Below are positions 39,700 to 49,764 of a stretch of 64,000 bases of DNA, piece after piece (positions within the stretch are counted from its first letter, which is position 1; each line of letters opens with the position of its first letter). The translations under genes and the position numbers were made by a program. The notes below the pieces were generated by a model that saw only the letters and a program-made list of their open reading frames with translations, was not told the DNA's origin and did no database searches. The DNA is taken from the NCBI RefSeq assembly GCF_021869535.1, contig NW_026262734.1:98704001-98768000 (forward strand), read 5' to 3'. This DNA is from Mytilus californianus (lineage: Eukaryota).

Positions 39700-39800
39700 N
39701 NNNNNNNNNNNNNNNNNNNNNNNNNNNNNNNNNNNNNNNNNNNNNNNNNNNNNNNNNNNNNNNNNNNNNNNNNNNNNNNNNNNNNNNNNNNNNNNNNNNN
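39700..39800. other. Assembly gap (N run)
   Basis: About 100 N. Confidence 1.
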
Positions 39801-40075
39801 CTAACATTGCTGAAATTTACTTCATTTGAACTTTGATGGATAGTTGTCTCATTAAAATATGGTCTGATAAAGATTGTTTTATATTTTGTAATTGACCTGT
39901 TAGTTATCTGTATTTATCATAATTTTATACTTAGAGTAAATAACTTATAATTTTTACAGTATGATAATAGCATTAAATTTACGTGAATTCCATATTTTAC
40001 AAAACAGTGTTTAGCGGGCTGATATGAAAACTTTATCACATGCCTCCAGTTATTATCACATGCCTGTCCGTAACG

Positions 40076-40221
40076 GTATTCTCAATACTACAGACGATAG
40101 ACACACAAATGACACCCTTTTCTGCCACTGACAGCACACCAACAACACCTTTTTGTACGCATGGCAGAAAAATAAAACTCAAACGCAAATTCAAATTTGC
40201 CGACAGCCCGTCGTACGTGAT
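40076..40221 (-). repeat. Terminal repeat B2 (146 bp)
   Basis: Identical by eye to 40738-40883. Confidence 0.95.
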
Positions 40222-40557
40222 GGACGCCAGATATAATTGTATATAATATATAATCGTGACATATCATCAAATAAAACATATAAATCAGTAATCAATTGGC
40301 ATTTTCATTCACCAATCATATCATTATGTACAAAACACAGCAAAATATCAAAATATTGGCAGCTGTACGTTTAATAAATTACCCCTCATTGATAGTCAAG
40401 GCCGACCAGGAAAAACCGTATTACGGAAACCTGTATCCGAATCAATGCTCGAGCCTATCTCAGGATAATGACGTCGGACCTCGTCGGTTCAAACAGTTAA
40501 CGAAAAGCAAAAATATTTGTCTAACAATAGATATATAAACATCATTTAAAATAATGG

Positions 40558-40737
40558 AGTTTACTCGGTCAATACGACGGCTAGAAGTGAAGTTACCACA
40601 CAAAAAAACACCTTATATATGACCACAACTCAGCCCCCTGATTGGATAGATGTACATCGGCCTACCGAAAATTAACGATTCCATACCGAGAATACAACAT
40701 TTTCCCGCTATACTGATCAAAACGCGGGAAAATATTA
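40558..40737 (-). repeat. Internal repeat A2 (180 bp)
   Basis: Matches 43879-43896 plus 48676-48837 with 3 substitutions. Confidence 0.95.
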
Positions 40738-40883
40738 GTATTCTCAATACTACAGACGATAGACACACAAATGACACCCTTTTCTGCCACTGACAGCACA
40801 CCAACAACACCTTTTTGTACGCATGGCAGAAAAATAAAACTCAAACGCAAATTCAAATTTGCCGACAGCCCGTCGTACGTGAT
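40738..40883 (-). repeat. Repeat B1 (146 bp), abutting A2
   Basis: Direct repeat of B2, offset 662. Confidence 0.95.
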
Positions 40884-40906
40884 AGAAAATCAAAGAAAGG
40901 GGTAAT

Positions 40907-41934
40907 CTATAGGCCTAATACCTTAGATATCTTCAAACGTTTCTCAGTGGAATCTACTATGTAACCGTCTTTACTGGAGTCAGACCTCCATCTGCCGTGC
41001 TTCTTTAAGCATCAGCGTTAGCCGCCATCGTGGCCCCACCGGATCTGAATGAATGAAGACCTATGTTTCCCTCTGGACAAATTGTCCGGATTCTCTTAAG
41101 AATTGACTCTCTAGCCGCCGTGTAACTTAGTTTTTTATCTTTTGTAATGAGCTTGCATGTATTACGAGATCTATAAATAGGCCGAAACAAATAAAAGTTT
41201 TGCTGACCAGAATCACCAAAACCTGCTAACCTAGTGTATCTTATAAACATTGTGTAAGGACAAGCAGATGAAACACCCCTAGAAATCAAGACTTCAGAAC
41301 TTTGTCTATATTGGTCGGTTTTACTTTTTTGAATACACAAAATTAAATGAGACTCGTGTACTTTAACATCACAAAAACGTAAGGAACTGACCTCATCATA
41401 TCTGAGAAATCCTGAAAAACTCAAAATCATCATTGCCAAATCCCTTATAACAAGTAAATCTGAAGAATCTTTAAACATGTCACAAAGTTCAATTAAAGTA
41501 TCAGGAGTAATTGGATCTTTCTTTTCTGTCTTTTTTGATGCTACTCTTTTAGAAGCTTCAAGAATCGATGTTACGAAAGTGTTTGTTGTAGGATCGTTTA
41601 GACCATTTATCTTATGTGCCCATTTAATACCATAAACTGCGTTAGAAACAGGGCGACAAGTTGAATTATTGTTCAATAAATGTGTTAAATACAGTGCAAC
41701 ATGAACTGGCTGAGCTGGCAAAGATTTGTGACCTTGCAACGTAATGAAACGTTCCCACCGTTTATATGAATTAAAATATGATTTAACGGTATTGTCACTT
41801 TTAGAGTTGATCAACAGTTCACACATCTTCGGATAAAGCTCGTATATATAACTGCCAACTTCTATCCCACTGTCCTGGACGGTCTCCTCCACTGTACGGT
41901 CTAATTCAACCCCTGTCAAAATAAATAACGTCAT
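40907..41934 (-). pseudogene. Tyrosine recombinase (YR), frameshifted near the C-terminus
   Basis: Contains the motifs FLRYDE, KSKTDQ and HSFRSGGAT, then stops at 41005-41007. The missing CLKKHGRWRSDSSKDGYIVDSTEKRLKISKVLGL* (with the catalytic Tyr) lies in another frame ending at 40907. Confidence 0.92.
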
Positions 41935-41948
41935 AAGTATATTGCAAA

Positions 41949-43877
41949 CTAAAATTCTATTCTTATAGCAATTAATCTAAATTTTAAGCGCTGTTGTCCA
42001 AATACTCCGCACTGACCTCTGCCTCTTTTAGTCAGATTTTCCCCTTGAAAAAACTTGCTATCAACTATGAAATCCTTAAAATTTCCAATTCGATCCACCA
42101 ACATGGGCCAAAATGGTGCCGATGTCCATTCCGGGATGACTAAAGTGCCATTACATTTTTCTATACTAATCTTATTTATTACCTTTGGAATCAAACTTGG
42201 TGGTGGAACTACCCAATTATTATGTCCACCCCATTCTACTGTAAACGAGTCTATCCCAGCAGTCCCGGGGCACCAAAACTTTGAATTAAATTGCTTGCAC
42301 TTGGCATTGTAATCATGCGCAAACCTATCTATATCATGTGGACCCCAAACATGATTAAGGTACAGAAAAACCTCATCTTGTATTTCCCAGTCATCACAAT
42401 CTGTTACCTTACTTAAAGTATCTGCATACTGGTTTGTTTCTCGTGGTATCCAAACCAAGCTCAACTTAATTGCATTCTCTCTGCAGAATTCATCAACGAA
42501 CAAAGCGATTTTGTGCAAAACCATCTTCCTGCTACCAATATTAAGTATATGTGTGATATTCAGATTATCTGTGAACACTCTGATAATCTTACCAGTGAGA
42601 ATATTGACAAAATTTATCAATATTCTTTTTACAGCCTCGAGCTCTCTCCAGGTCGAACTTTCCGATTGTTCCGTCAACGACCAACTACCAAACATTTCCA
42701 AAGGTTCGTCCTCTGAACCAGTGGTAACAAAACCACCGAAACCTGTACCAGATGCATCGCTGAACACATAATAATCTTGTGTTTCATTATAAGTCAACTG
42801 ACTTAACCGAGATCCTATCTCGTTAAAGCTTTTAGCTTTATGTTCCCAAAAAGTGCATTCCTTGAATGCGTCCGTACTAACTAGTACTTGGGCGTTCCAA
42901 CTTGCCCTTTGTAATATACATTGATACAAATACCTTGTTCTTAAACGTGCCTGATCTCCTAATACAGGCTGCATTGATATGATCTGTCCTACAATACTTG
43001 CAATGAATTTCACCCGGAAAAGCCTAATCCCGTAGTGAAATTGTGTCCTGAAAACTTCTAAAATTTTTAAAAGCTTTTCTATTCTTTTTTCGGTAATTCT
43101 TATAACCCCTTCTGTCATATCCCAATGAAAACCCAACCATTCTAAACTTTGAATAGGGGCCCAATTGCACTTCTCTGCTGCAAGAACAAAACCAAATTTC
43201 TCCAAATCAGAGTGAATTTTTTCGCTCGCTAACATAGCCTCTTTCATGTTTTTGCCCCCGCCGAGGCCATCGTCTAGATACATGACGATTTTTAAACCTG
43301 TACTTCTCCCATATTTGATAACCTCCCTGACTACCTTTGTAAAAATATATCCGCTAGTTGACAACCCAAAAGGCAAAACATTATACACATAATATTCATG
43401 CTCCCATTTGAAACCTAAATATGTAGTGTCTGCTTCTGCGAGTGGGTTAGTTACGTATTCATCTACCACGCGCCATCCCGCGTCTGATGAATCGGCAAGT
43501 TTTATCAGCTTTTGTCGATTTTTAATCAAGTCCATACCTTCAGAAATTTTTCTCTTGGCACTGTTAATGTTTGACTGCGTCAAGTTGTCGGTCTCGAATT
43601 CGGCGTGTGCTTCTCTAATTTTAACGAACACTTTCTGGATGTGCTTGTGTTGCTCCTCATTCCCCCTCTTTCGAAATTTGTAATTGTCGGTTAGTGATTC
43701 GTCCATTCTTGCTATTTGAGTATCTGACAGCACTTTCTGGTTGTCTTGTATCCTCTTTTGGAAACCCTCCAGACGTGAATCCAGTAACTTCGTCATGTTG
43801 TTCAACAACTGGTCCTGCGTAGATTGAACGGCATTTTGTACCTCTGTCTGAATAACTTGCTGTAAATTGGCGTCCAT
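41949..43877 (-). CDS. 642-aa fusion: Gag-like N-terminus, truncated RT, RNase H, DNA N6-adenine-methyltransferase-like domain
   Basis: Gag-like FRKRGNEEQ...RQKLIKLADSSDAGWRVVDEY is joined at ~43430 to YLGFKW..YNVLPFGLS..YLDDG. RNase H motifs are FSDAS, ELEAV, FTDN and WIPRETNQYADTLS. The MT-like region reads IDRFA..N.K...FNS..W.PG..IDSF...W...NWVVPPPSLI...LVIPEW.SAPFWP. Confidence 0.9.
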   Translation of the reverse strand: MDANLQQVIQTEVQNAVQSTQDQLLNNMTKLLDSRLEGFQKRIQDNQKVLSDTQIARMDESLTDNYKFRKRGNEEQHKHIQKVFVKIREAHAEFETDNLTQSNINSAKRKISEGMDLIKNRQKLIKLADSSDAGWRVVDEYVTNPLAEADTTYLGFKWEHEYYVYNVLPFGLSTSGYIFTKVVREVIKYGRSTGLKIVMYLDDGLGGGKNMKEAMLASEKIHSDLEKFGFVLAAEKCNWAPIQSLEWLGFHWDMTEGVIRITEKRIEKLLKILEVFRTQFHYGIRLFRVKFIASIVGQIISMQPVLGDQARLRTRYLYQCILQRASWNAQVLVSTDAFKECTFWEHKAKSFNEIGSRLSQLTYNETQDYYVFSDASGTGFGGFVTTGSEDEPLEMFGSWSLTEQSESSTWRELEAVKRILINFVNILTGKIIRVFTDNLNITHILNIGSRKMVLHKIALFVDEFCRENAIKLSLVWIPRETNQYADTLSKVTDCDDWEIQDEVFLYLNHVWGPHDIDRFAHDYNAKCKQFNSKFWCPGTAGIDSFTVEWGGHNNWVVPPPSLIPKVINKISIEKCNGTLVIPEWTSAPFWPMLVDRIGNFKDFIVDSKFFQGENLTKRGRGQCGVFGQQRLKFRLIAIRIEF

Positions 43878-43896
43878 AAGTTTACTCGGTCAATAC

Positions 43897-44951
43897 TGTA
43901 ACGAAATGTGGGTCCCCTGAATTGCAACTTGTTTCCCCTAAAATTGTGTGATGACGTTGTATCTTACCGATAATTGACTTTTCTTATTATATATTTCTTG
44001 TATAACTATGTTTAAACATTGTTAACTCTAAAACTTTTTATCATTCTTGCCTATGATTTTACATAGGAACACCTGTGCATTGTGTACTTAAAATGACGTA
44101 CAATGACGTCATTACCTATTTTGGTAATCACCAGTTCCGGTTTTGGTAATTTAGGTATTTTCCGAAATGGTAAATGGTAAACCAAATCGGTAAATTGGTT
44201 TACCTAAGTATAAATACGGCGGAGAATACAGATAAGTCTTCAGCACAATTTTACCCTGGGCAAGTAACACACGTTAAGTCCAAGCGATTTTGATATACGT
44301 ACAGATACCATGTACCAGACCAAGTAGTTAACCAGACAGCCAACACTATTACAATGTCCGAGGAGACTACGTCCGTATAATGTGGGTTTGTTAATTCCTT
44401 TACAAGTTACATTTAGAGAATAACTTCTCGAGAGAAACTTTATCTTTTGGCATTGAATTTGATTTACCATTTGCCGATCACCAAACTATATTTTTCCGCT
44501 ATCCATTTTCTTTAATTCCCGATAGGAGGTTAATAAAGTATTTATCTGTTAGACTAGAATACTGTTAAGTTATTTGATATTTATATGTATTGTTGCTATT
44601 TAATGCATCTTAAAGATAATACAAGTTGATTTTTATTTAACGAGTCTGTTATTCTTACAAACATCGAGAGTTACCATACAAAAACCTATACTAGTACTCC
44701 AATCTACCCTTTTATATCAGAGTCATTACCTTACCAGAGGAACCAAACCTTACCAGTGTGTATTCAGAATACCAGAGTACCACATAGTACCACGATACCA
44801 GAGTACCACGCTACCAAAGAAGAGTCACCAGATATAACTTTTATTTTTTATATACTCGTTCATTCTAACATAACACATTCTTATAGCAACGCACTAAGGG
44901 ATAAACATTTATAGTTTAACACTTAGGCCCGACCGCTCGGTTTTCGTTACA
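43897..44951 (+). repeat. Gypsy 5' LTR
   Basis: Offset 3720 from the 3' LTR. One mismatch found by eye (44616 a vs 48336 t). Confidence 0.96.
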
Positions 44952-44952
44952 G

Positions 44953-44964
44953 TGGTGGCAGCGG
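44953..44964 (+). promoter_or_regulatory. PBS complementary to tRNA-Leu(AAG/UAG) 3' end
   Basis: TGGTGGCAGCGG starts 2 nt after the LTR. Confidence 0.8.
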
Positions 44965-45042
44965 AGGCACGTACCTACATTTTGATATTCTTTAAATAAG
45001 TGTAATTATATTTAAGATAAGACATAAATAAATATAAATAAA

Positions 45043-46390
45043 ATGGATAGCACGGAAAATCAATTTGAAACACCTAGGTTAACTGCCCAGGGTAGACCAG
45101 TGCTCCCCCGATCTCGGTCCTGTGAAATTTTCCATGATCTGACGCCGACCGGAGAGATAGGCATAAGAGTGAACCAAGATCAATGGCCCTCACAAGAGAA
45201 TACGAATAGATACGAAAAGGATGGTATACATCATGCTGACAATAGGCCATTGTCAGGGGATCTATCACCATCAAGGAAAGTGGCCATTGACCAAGCGAAA
45301 AACCCGGAAGTTTCAAATAGGGCAACGGTTGTGCATTTGAAAAAAAATGCAGCGCGTACGGTAAAACAGAATTTTGGTGAAGAGTCAAGGACTCTTTTGG
45401 ACCATGCTGCCAGAGGGTCTAGGTATGGGTTTTGGAGTCAGAAAGCAAGGGATACTGCTGAGGGAGACTCCGGAAATACAAGACGAGTCGCGACGTCTTG
45501 TGAATCCGATGCCCGACGGGGTAGATGGGATTCGGGAGATTTACCTAGGACTTTGGACCGGGGCGTACCCCATAATCAGGGGGCAACGTACCAAGCATTA
45601 CCTTTGACGTCCCGCGGACGATTCAGAGTTGGGGTTAACGGGACCGACCATTAACACCGTACTGATGAAATCCAGTAATTCAAATTATGCTGGCATTAGC
45701 TATGAACATAATTTTGAGCGTGATTATGATTTAAACTTACAAAATACAAAATATTACAAAAAGAAACCAGCACTTTATGATGGTGAAAGTAATTGGGAAG
45801 ACTATTTAGTTCAGTTTGAATTAATTGCAGCAATTAACAAATGGTCTGACATAGAGAAAGCTTTAGAACTAGCTACTAGCTTAAGAAGTACCGCCCAAAG
45901 TATTTTAACCGATTTAAGACCAGAGATGCGGACCAATTTTATACAACTGACAACCGCCTTAGCGTCTCGTTTTCAACCAGAAAATCAAGCAGAAATGTAC
46001 AGGGCGCAAATGAAAAGTAAAATACGCGGACGCACGGAACAAATACCTGTGTTAGGCCAAGACATAAAACGTCTAGTTAGATTAGCGTATCCATCAGCTC
46101 CGATAGAGATTAAAGAACAATTAGCATGCGATTGTTTTATTGATTCCCTAAATGATGTTGACATGGAATGGGCTATTTTCCAGGCCAAAGCAAAAAGTAT
46201 TAATAACGCTATTCAAATAGCTCTTGAATATGAAGCATTCCAAAATGACAGACGTAAACACGGCACTAAGCTAGTTTGTGCTGTAAATGAAAATGATAAT
46301 TTTGATCTAAATAGGGAAATTTATTTGTCTGAACAAGTTGATGGCATTTCAGGTCGTCTTGCAAAAATAGAAAATAATAGAAAAAAATAA
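45043..46390 (+). pseudogene. Gypsy gag, split into overlapping ORFs 45043-45654 and 45629-46390
   Basis: KPALYDGESNWEDYLVQFELIAAINKW...LASRFQP...IKRLVRLAYP...CFIDSL is retrotransposon-capsid-like. A broken knuckle CYHCGVSGN* follows at 46404-46443. Confidence 0.85.
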
Positions 46391-46678
46391 GAAAACTTTT
46401 TCTTGTTACCATTGTGGGGTTTCCGGTAATTAAAAGGGAATGTCTCCTATTGAATAACCGATCCCAAAGGTTAGAAGGTAACAGAACTAACAACTTAATT
46501 CCAAGAAAAGTGGCAGACCAAATGACTGGTCGGGGAAACTTTTAGTGGCTGAAACTGAGGACCAAGTTTCAGCAGCAACTAAATATGATTTGAAAAATCC
46601 AATAATTTTGAGAAATTGAATCAGATAAATATATTCTGAAAATATATATGTACATTTTGTAATTGTCAGTGTTATGAC

Positions 46679-46936
46679 ATGAAATTGAATTGTTTGATTG
46701 ATACCGGGTCCACTGTTAGTGTCCTTAACTCATCCATGTATAATATCATGTCCAAGAGTGTAAAGCCAGTGCTGTCCAATGCACGTAGTGGTTTACGCAT
46801 GGCTAATGGAAGTGTAGTTATGCCGGTGGGGACTGCTGAATTACCAACGCAGTCGGATAATAAAATTGTGTATCGCCGTCTCATTGTTGCAGACATAGAT
46901 ATACTTGTACCAAGGATTATTGAGTTTGATTTTTAA
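46679..46936 (+). pseudogene. Retroviral-type aspartic protease remnant
   Basis: CLIDTGSTVSVL...LRMANG, ending in IIEFDF (IIGxDFL-like). No RT follows. Confidence 0.85.
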
Positions 46937-47602
46937 AGATAAAAGTCCATGTATATTGTATATGGGAAAGAGGATTTTTTTTTAAATTGACGGTCAATTT
47001 ATTTCAACTTTTTATTAATATTGTTTACATTTATTGATTGTTTAGATATGTAACTTATTTTCAGGATATTCATTTGTACAATAATATTAGTGTTTTATGA
47101 ACATTCGTCTAGCCGAGAAGATTTGATGGTGCTCTATAAACATTTGTCAAAATACACAGAATTAGTTCCGAATAAAGAAAATTCATCATGCGAAGAAGAT
47201 GTGTTGGTGCTTTATAAACATTCGTCATTATATGCACACATTAATTAAGTGTGTTTAATGAACATGAATTCGTCCTGCCGAGAAGATTTGATGGTGCTCT
47301 ATAAATATTCGTCAAAATAAACAGAACTCGTGTTTTATGAACAATCGTTATGAAAAGAAGCGATGTTGGTGCTATATGAACATTTACAAAACTAAAGGAT
47401 CATAAAGGACAGTGCGGAATTCAAGCTTTGCGTGAAGATGTATATGAACAATGAACATTCCAAAGATTAATTAAACTTGATTAATTATTGTTTTATAATG
47501 TTGAATATGTATGTTATAGAATATTTTAATGAATGATATTGAAGAACTTGTTTTAAATTTTAGGAAATGTCTATTCATGTTTGTGGACAAACATTATTTT
47601 TC

Positions 47603-47616
47603 AAAGGTGGGGAGAG
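47603..47616 (+). promoter_or_regulatory. Polypurine tract
   Basis: aaaggtggggagag lies immediately before the 3' LTR. Confidence 0.85.
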
Positions 47617-48671
47617 TGTAACGAAATGTGGGTCCCCTGAATTGCAACTTGTTTCCCCTAAAATTGTGTGATGACGTTGTATCTTACCGATAATTGACTT
47701 TTCTTATTATATATTTCTTGTATAACTATGTTTAAACATTGTTAACTCTAAAACTTTTTATCATTCTTGCCTATGATTTTACATAGGAACACCTGTGCAT
47801 TGTGTACTTAAAATGACGTACAATGACGTCATTACCTATTTTGGTAATCACCAGTTCCGGTTTTGGTAATTTAGGTATTTTCCGAAATGGTAAATGGTAA
47901 ACCAAATCGGTAAATTGGTTTACCTAAGTATAAATACGGCGGAGAATACAGATAAGTCTTCAGCACAATTTTACCCTGGGCAAGTAACACACGTTAAGTC
48001 CAAGCGATTTTGATATACGTACAGATACCATGTACCAGACCAAGTAGTTAACCAGACAGCCAACACTATTACAATGTCCGAGGAGACTACGTCCGTATAA
48101 TGTGGGTTTGTTAATTCCTTTACAAGTTACATTTAGAGAATAACTTCTCGAGAGAAACTTTATCTTTTGGCATTGAATTTGATTTACCATTTGCCGATCA
48201 CCAAACTATATTTTTCCGCTATCCATTTTCTTTAATTCCCGATAGGAGGTTAATAAAGTATTTATCTGTTAGACTAGAATACTGTTAAGTTATTTGATAT
48301 TTATATGTATTGTTGCTATTTAATGCATCTTAAAGTTAATACAAGTTGATTTTTATTTAACGAGTCTGTTATTCTTACAAACATCGAGAGTTACCATACA
48401 AAAACCTATACTAGTACTCCAATCTACCCTTTTATATCAGAGTCATTACCTTACCAGAGGAACCAAACCTTACCAGTGTGTATTCAGAATACCAGAGTAC
48501 CACATAGTACCACGATACCAGAGTACCACGCTACCAAAGAAGAGTCACCAGATATAACTTTTATTTTTTATATACTCGTTCATTCTAACATAACACATTC
48601 TTATAGCAACGCACTAAGGGATAAACATTTATAGTTTAACACTTAGGCCCGACCGCTCGGTTTTCGTTACA
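47617..48671 (+). repeat. Gypsy 3' LTR
   Basis: Near-identical to 43897-44951. Confidence 0.96.
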
Positions 48672-48683
48672 ATACGAAGGCTA

Positions 48684-48745
48684 GAAGTGAAGTTACCACA
48701 CAAAAAAACACCTTATATATGACCACAACTCAGCCCCCTGATTGG
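48684..48745 (-). promoter_or_regulatory. Pol II core promoter in repeat A1 (CCAAT, TATATAA, Inr TTCACTT); duplicated in A2 at 40584-40645
   Basis: The minus strand reads ccaat (48745-48741), tatataa starting at 48719, and an Inr-like A at 48688. This gives -31 spacing. Confidence 0.65.
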
Positions 48746-49764
48746 ATAGATGTACATCGGCCTACTGAAAATTAACGATTCCATACCGAGAATACAACAT
48801 TTTCCCGCTATACTGATCGAAACGCGGGAAAATATTATTATCGCAGGCATTCCGGCGTTACTCGGCAAATTCCGGAAAATATACCTCAATGGTACGTTTT
48901 CAGTGAAAACAAATTAAAGTAGGGTACAATTATTAGGAAACGAAAATATATTATGTAAAATGCAAAAAAAACAAAAAAAAAAAACAAATGATACAATAAA
49001 TGCATTTTTCAAAGTCTCCAGCATAATTTAGAAAGTTACTTTACAAATGTTGACTTTTCCAAACAGTGTTCATTATGTTTTGTTGATTTTTTTTTATCGT
49101 CAATATAAAAAATATATGATATTGTTGTTTTTCTCCTCTGTTGAGGCATATGATAGACAGCTAGACTTCATTTCGAATGTATTACATTTGGCGTCCGACC
49201 TTCGGCTCTTGGGCTGATATTGAACTTTGGGCTGATAATACATCTGATAAGAAAAATGCCATGTAATAATCTGATATTCTCTAACTTATTGTTTTGCAAA
49301 TGTTTACTAACAAACTTTTCGTAGGCTTCATCTAGGTTTGTAACAGAGGTAATAGTTATGAAGCATGGAAGCATGCAGCAGGATTACCGTTCAACTTGTT
49401 TTTTTGTCAGTCGTTAATACTTACCATTCATTTTTTTTTTTTAAATTTCGAATCTTCAACTTCCTATTTCTCAGCAGACAATAACATATAAAAGCGTCTG
49501 AGGTCAATTTTGTCCATCATTATCTGCTGAGAGTGCTGTTCATAAGAATTCCTTAATGGTTGTTGCCACTAAATCAAACTCAATATCATGTCCATATCCG
49601 CTTTGAATAAACATTTGCTAAGATTTTCCCTTTGTGGACATATTGTTGGTGTATTTGATTTCTCCCTTGTAAACCTTTTATTAATTTATTAGATACAGAA
49701 ATTTAATTTGATTGGTATATGCGTTATCAAATTGTTATTAAACTAATAGTTTATTTTTGCTTAG

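Larger units (their letters stand above)
43897..48671 (+). mobile_element. Young non-autonomous Ty3/Gypsy LTR retrotransposon (4775 bp; gag and protease remnants, no RT/RH/IN)
   Basis: 1055-bp LTRs TGTAAC...GTTACA and TSD ATAC (43893-43896, 48672-48675), with a PBS and a PPT. Confidence 0.95.
40076..48837 (-). mobile_element. Split-direct-repeat (PAT/Ngaro-type) DIRS-order tyrosine-recombinase retrotransposon, defective, interrupted by a Gypsy element
   Basis: In minus-strand order: A1 (48837-48676 plus 43896-43879), gag/RT/RH/MT ORF, YR ORF, B1 (40883-40738), A2 (40737-40558), 336-bp spacer, B2 (40221-40076). Length is ~3.98 kb without the insert. Confidence 0.92.

Noticed and set aside
40220-40229. 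10-nt inverted match (atggacgcca) to the gag start at 43868-43877, suggesting a DIRS1-type internal complementary region
   Set aside because: Too short and does not extend. The termini are direct, not inverted, repeats.
40380-40500. Possible hammerhead or other ribozyme in the A2-B2 spacer
   Set aside because: No CUGANGA...GAAA core in a workable arrangement was found by eye on either strand.
44240-44470. 76-aa minus ORF duplicated at 47960-48190
   Set aside because: It simply reflects LTR identity. No start context or domain.
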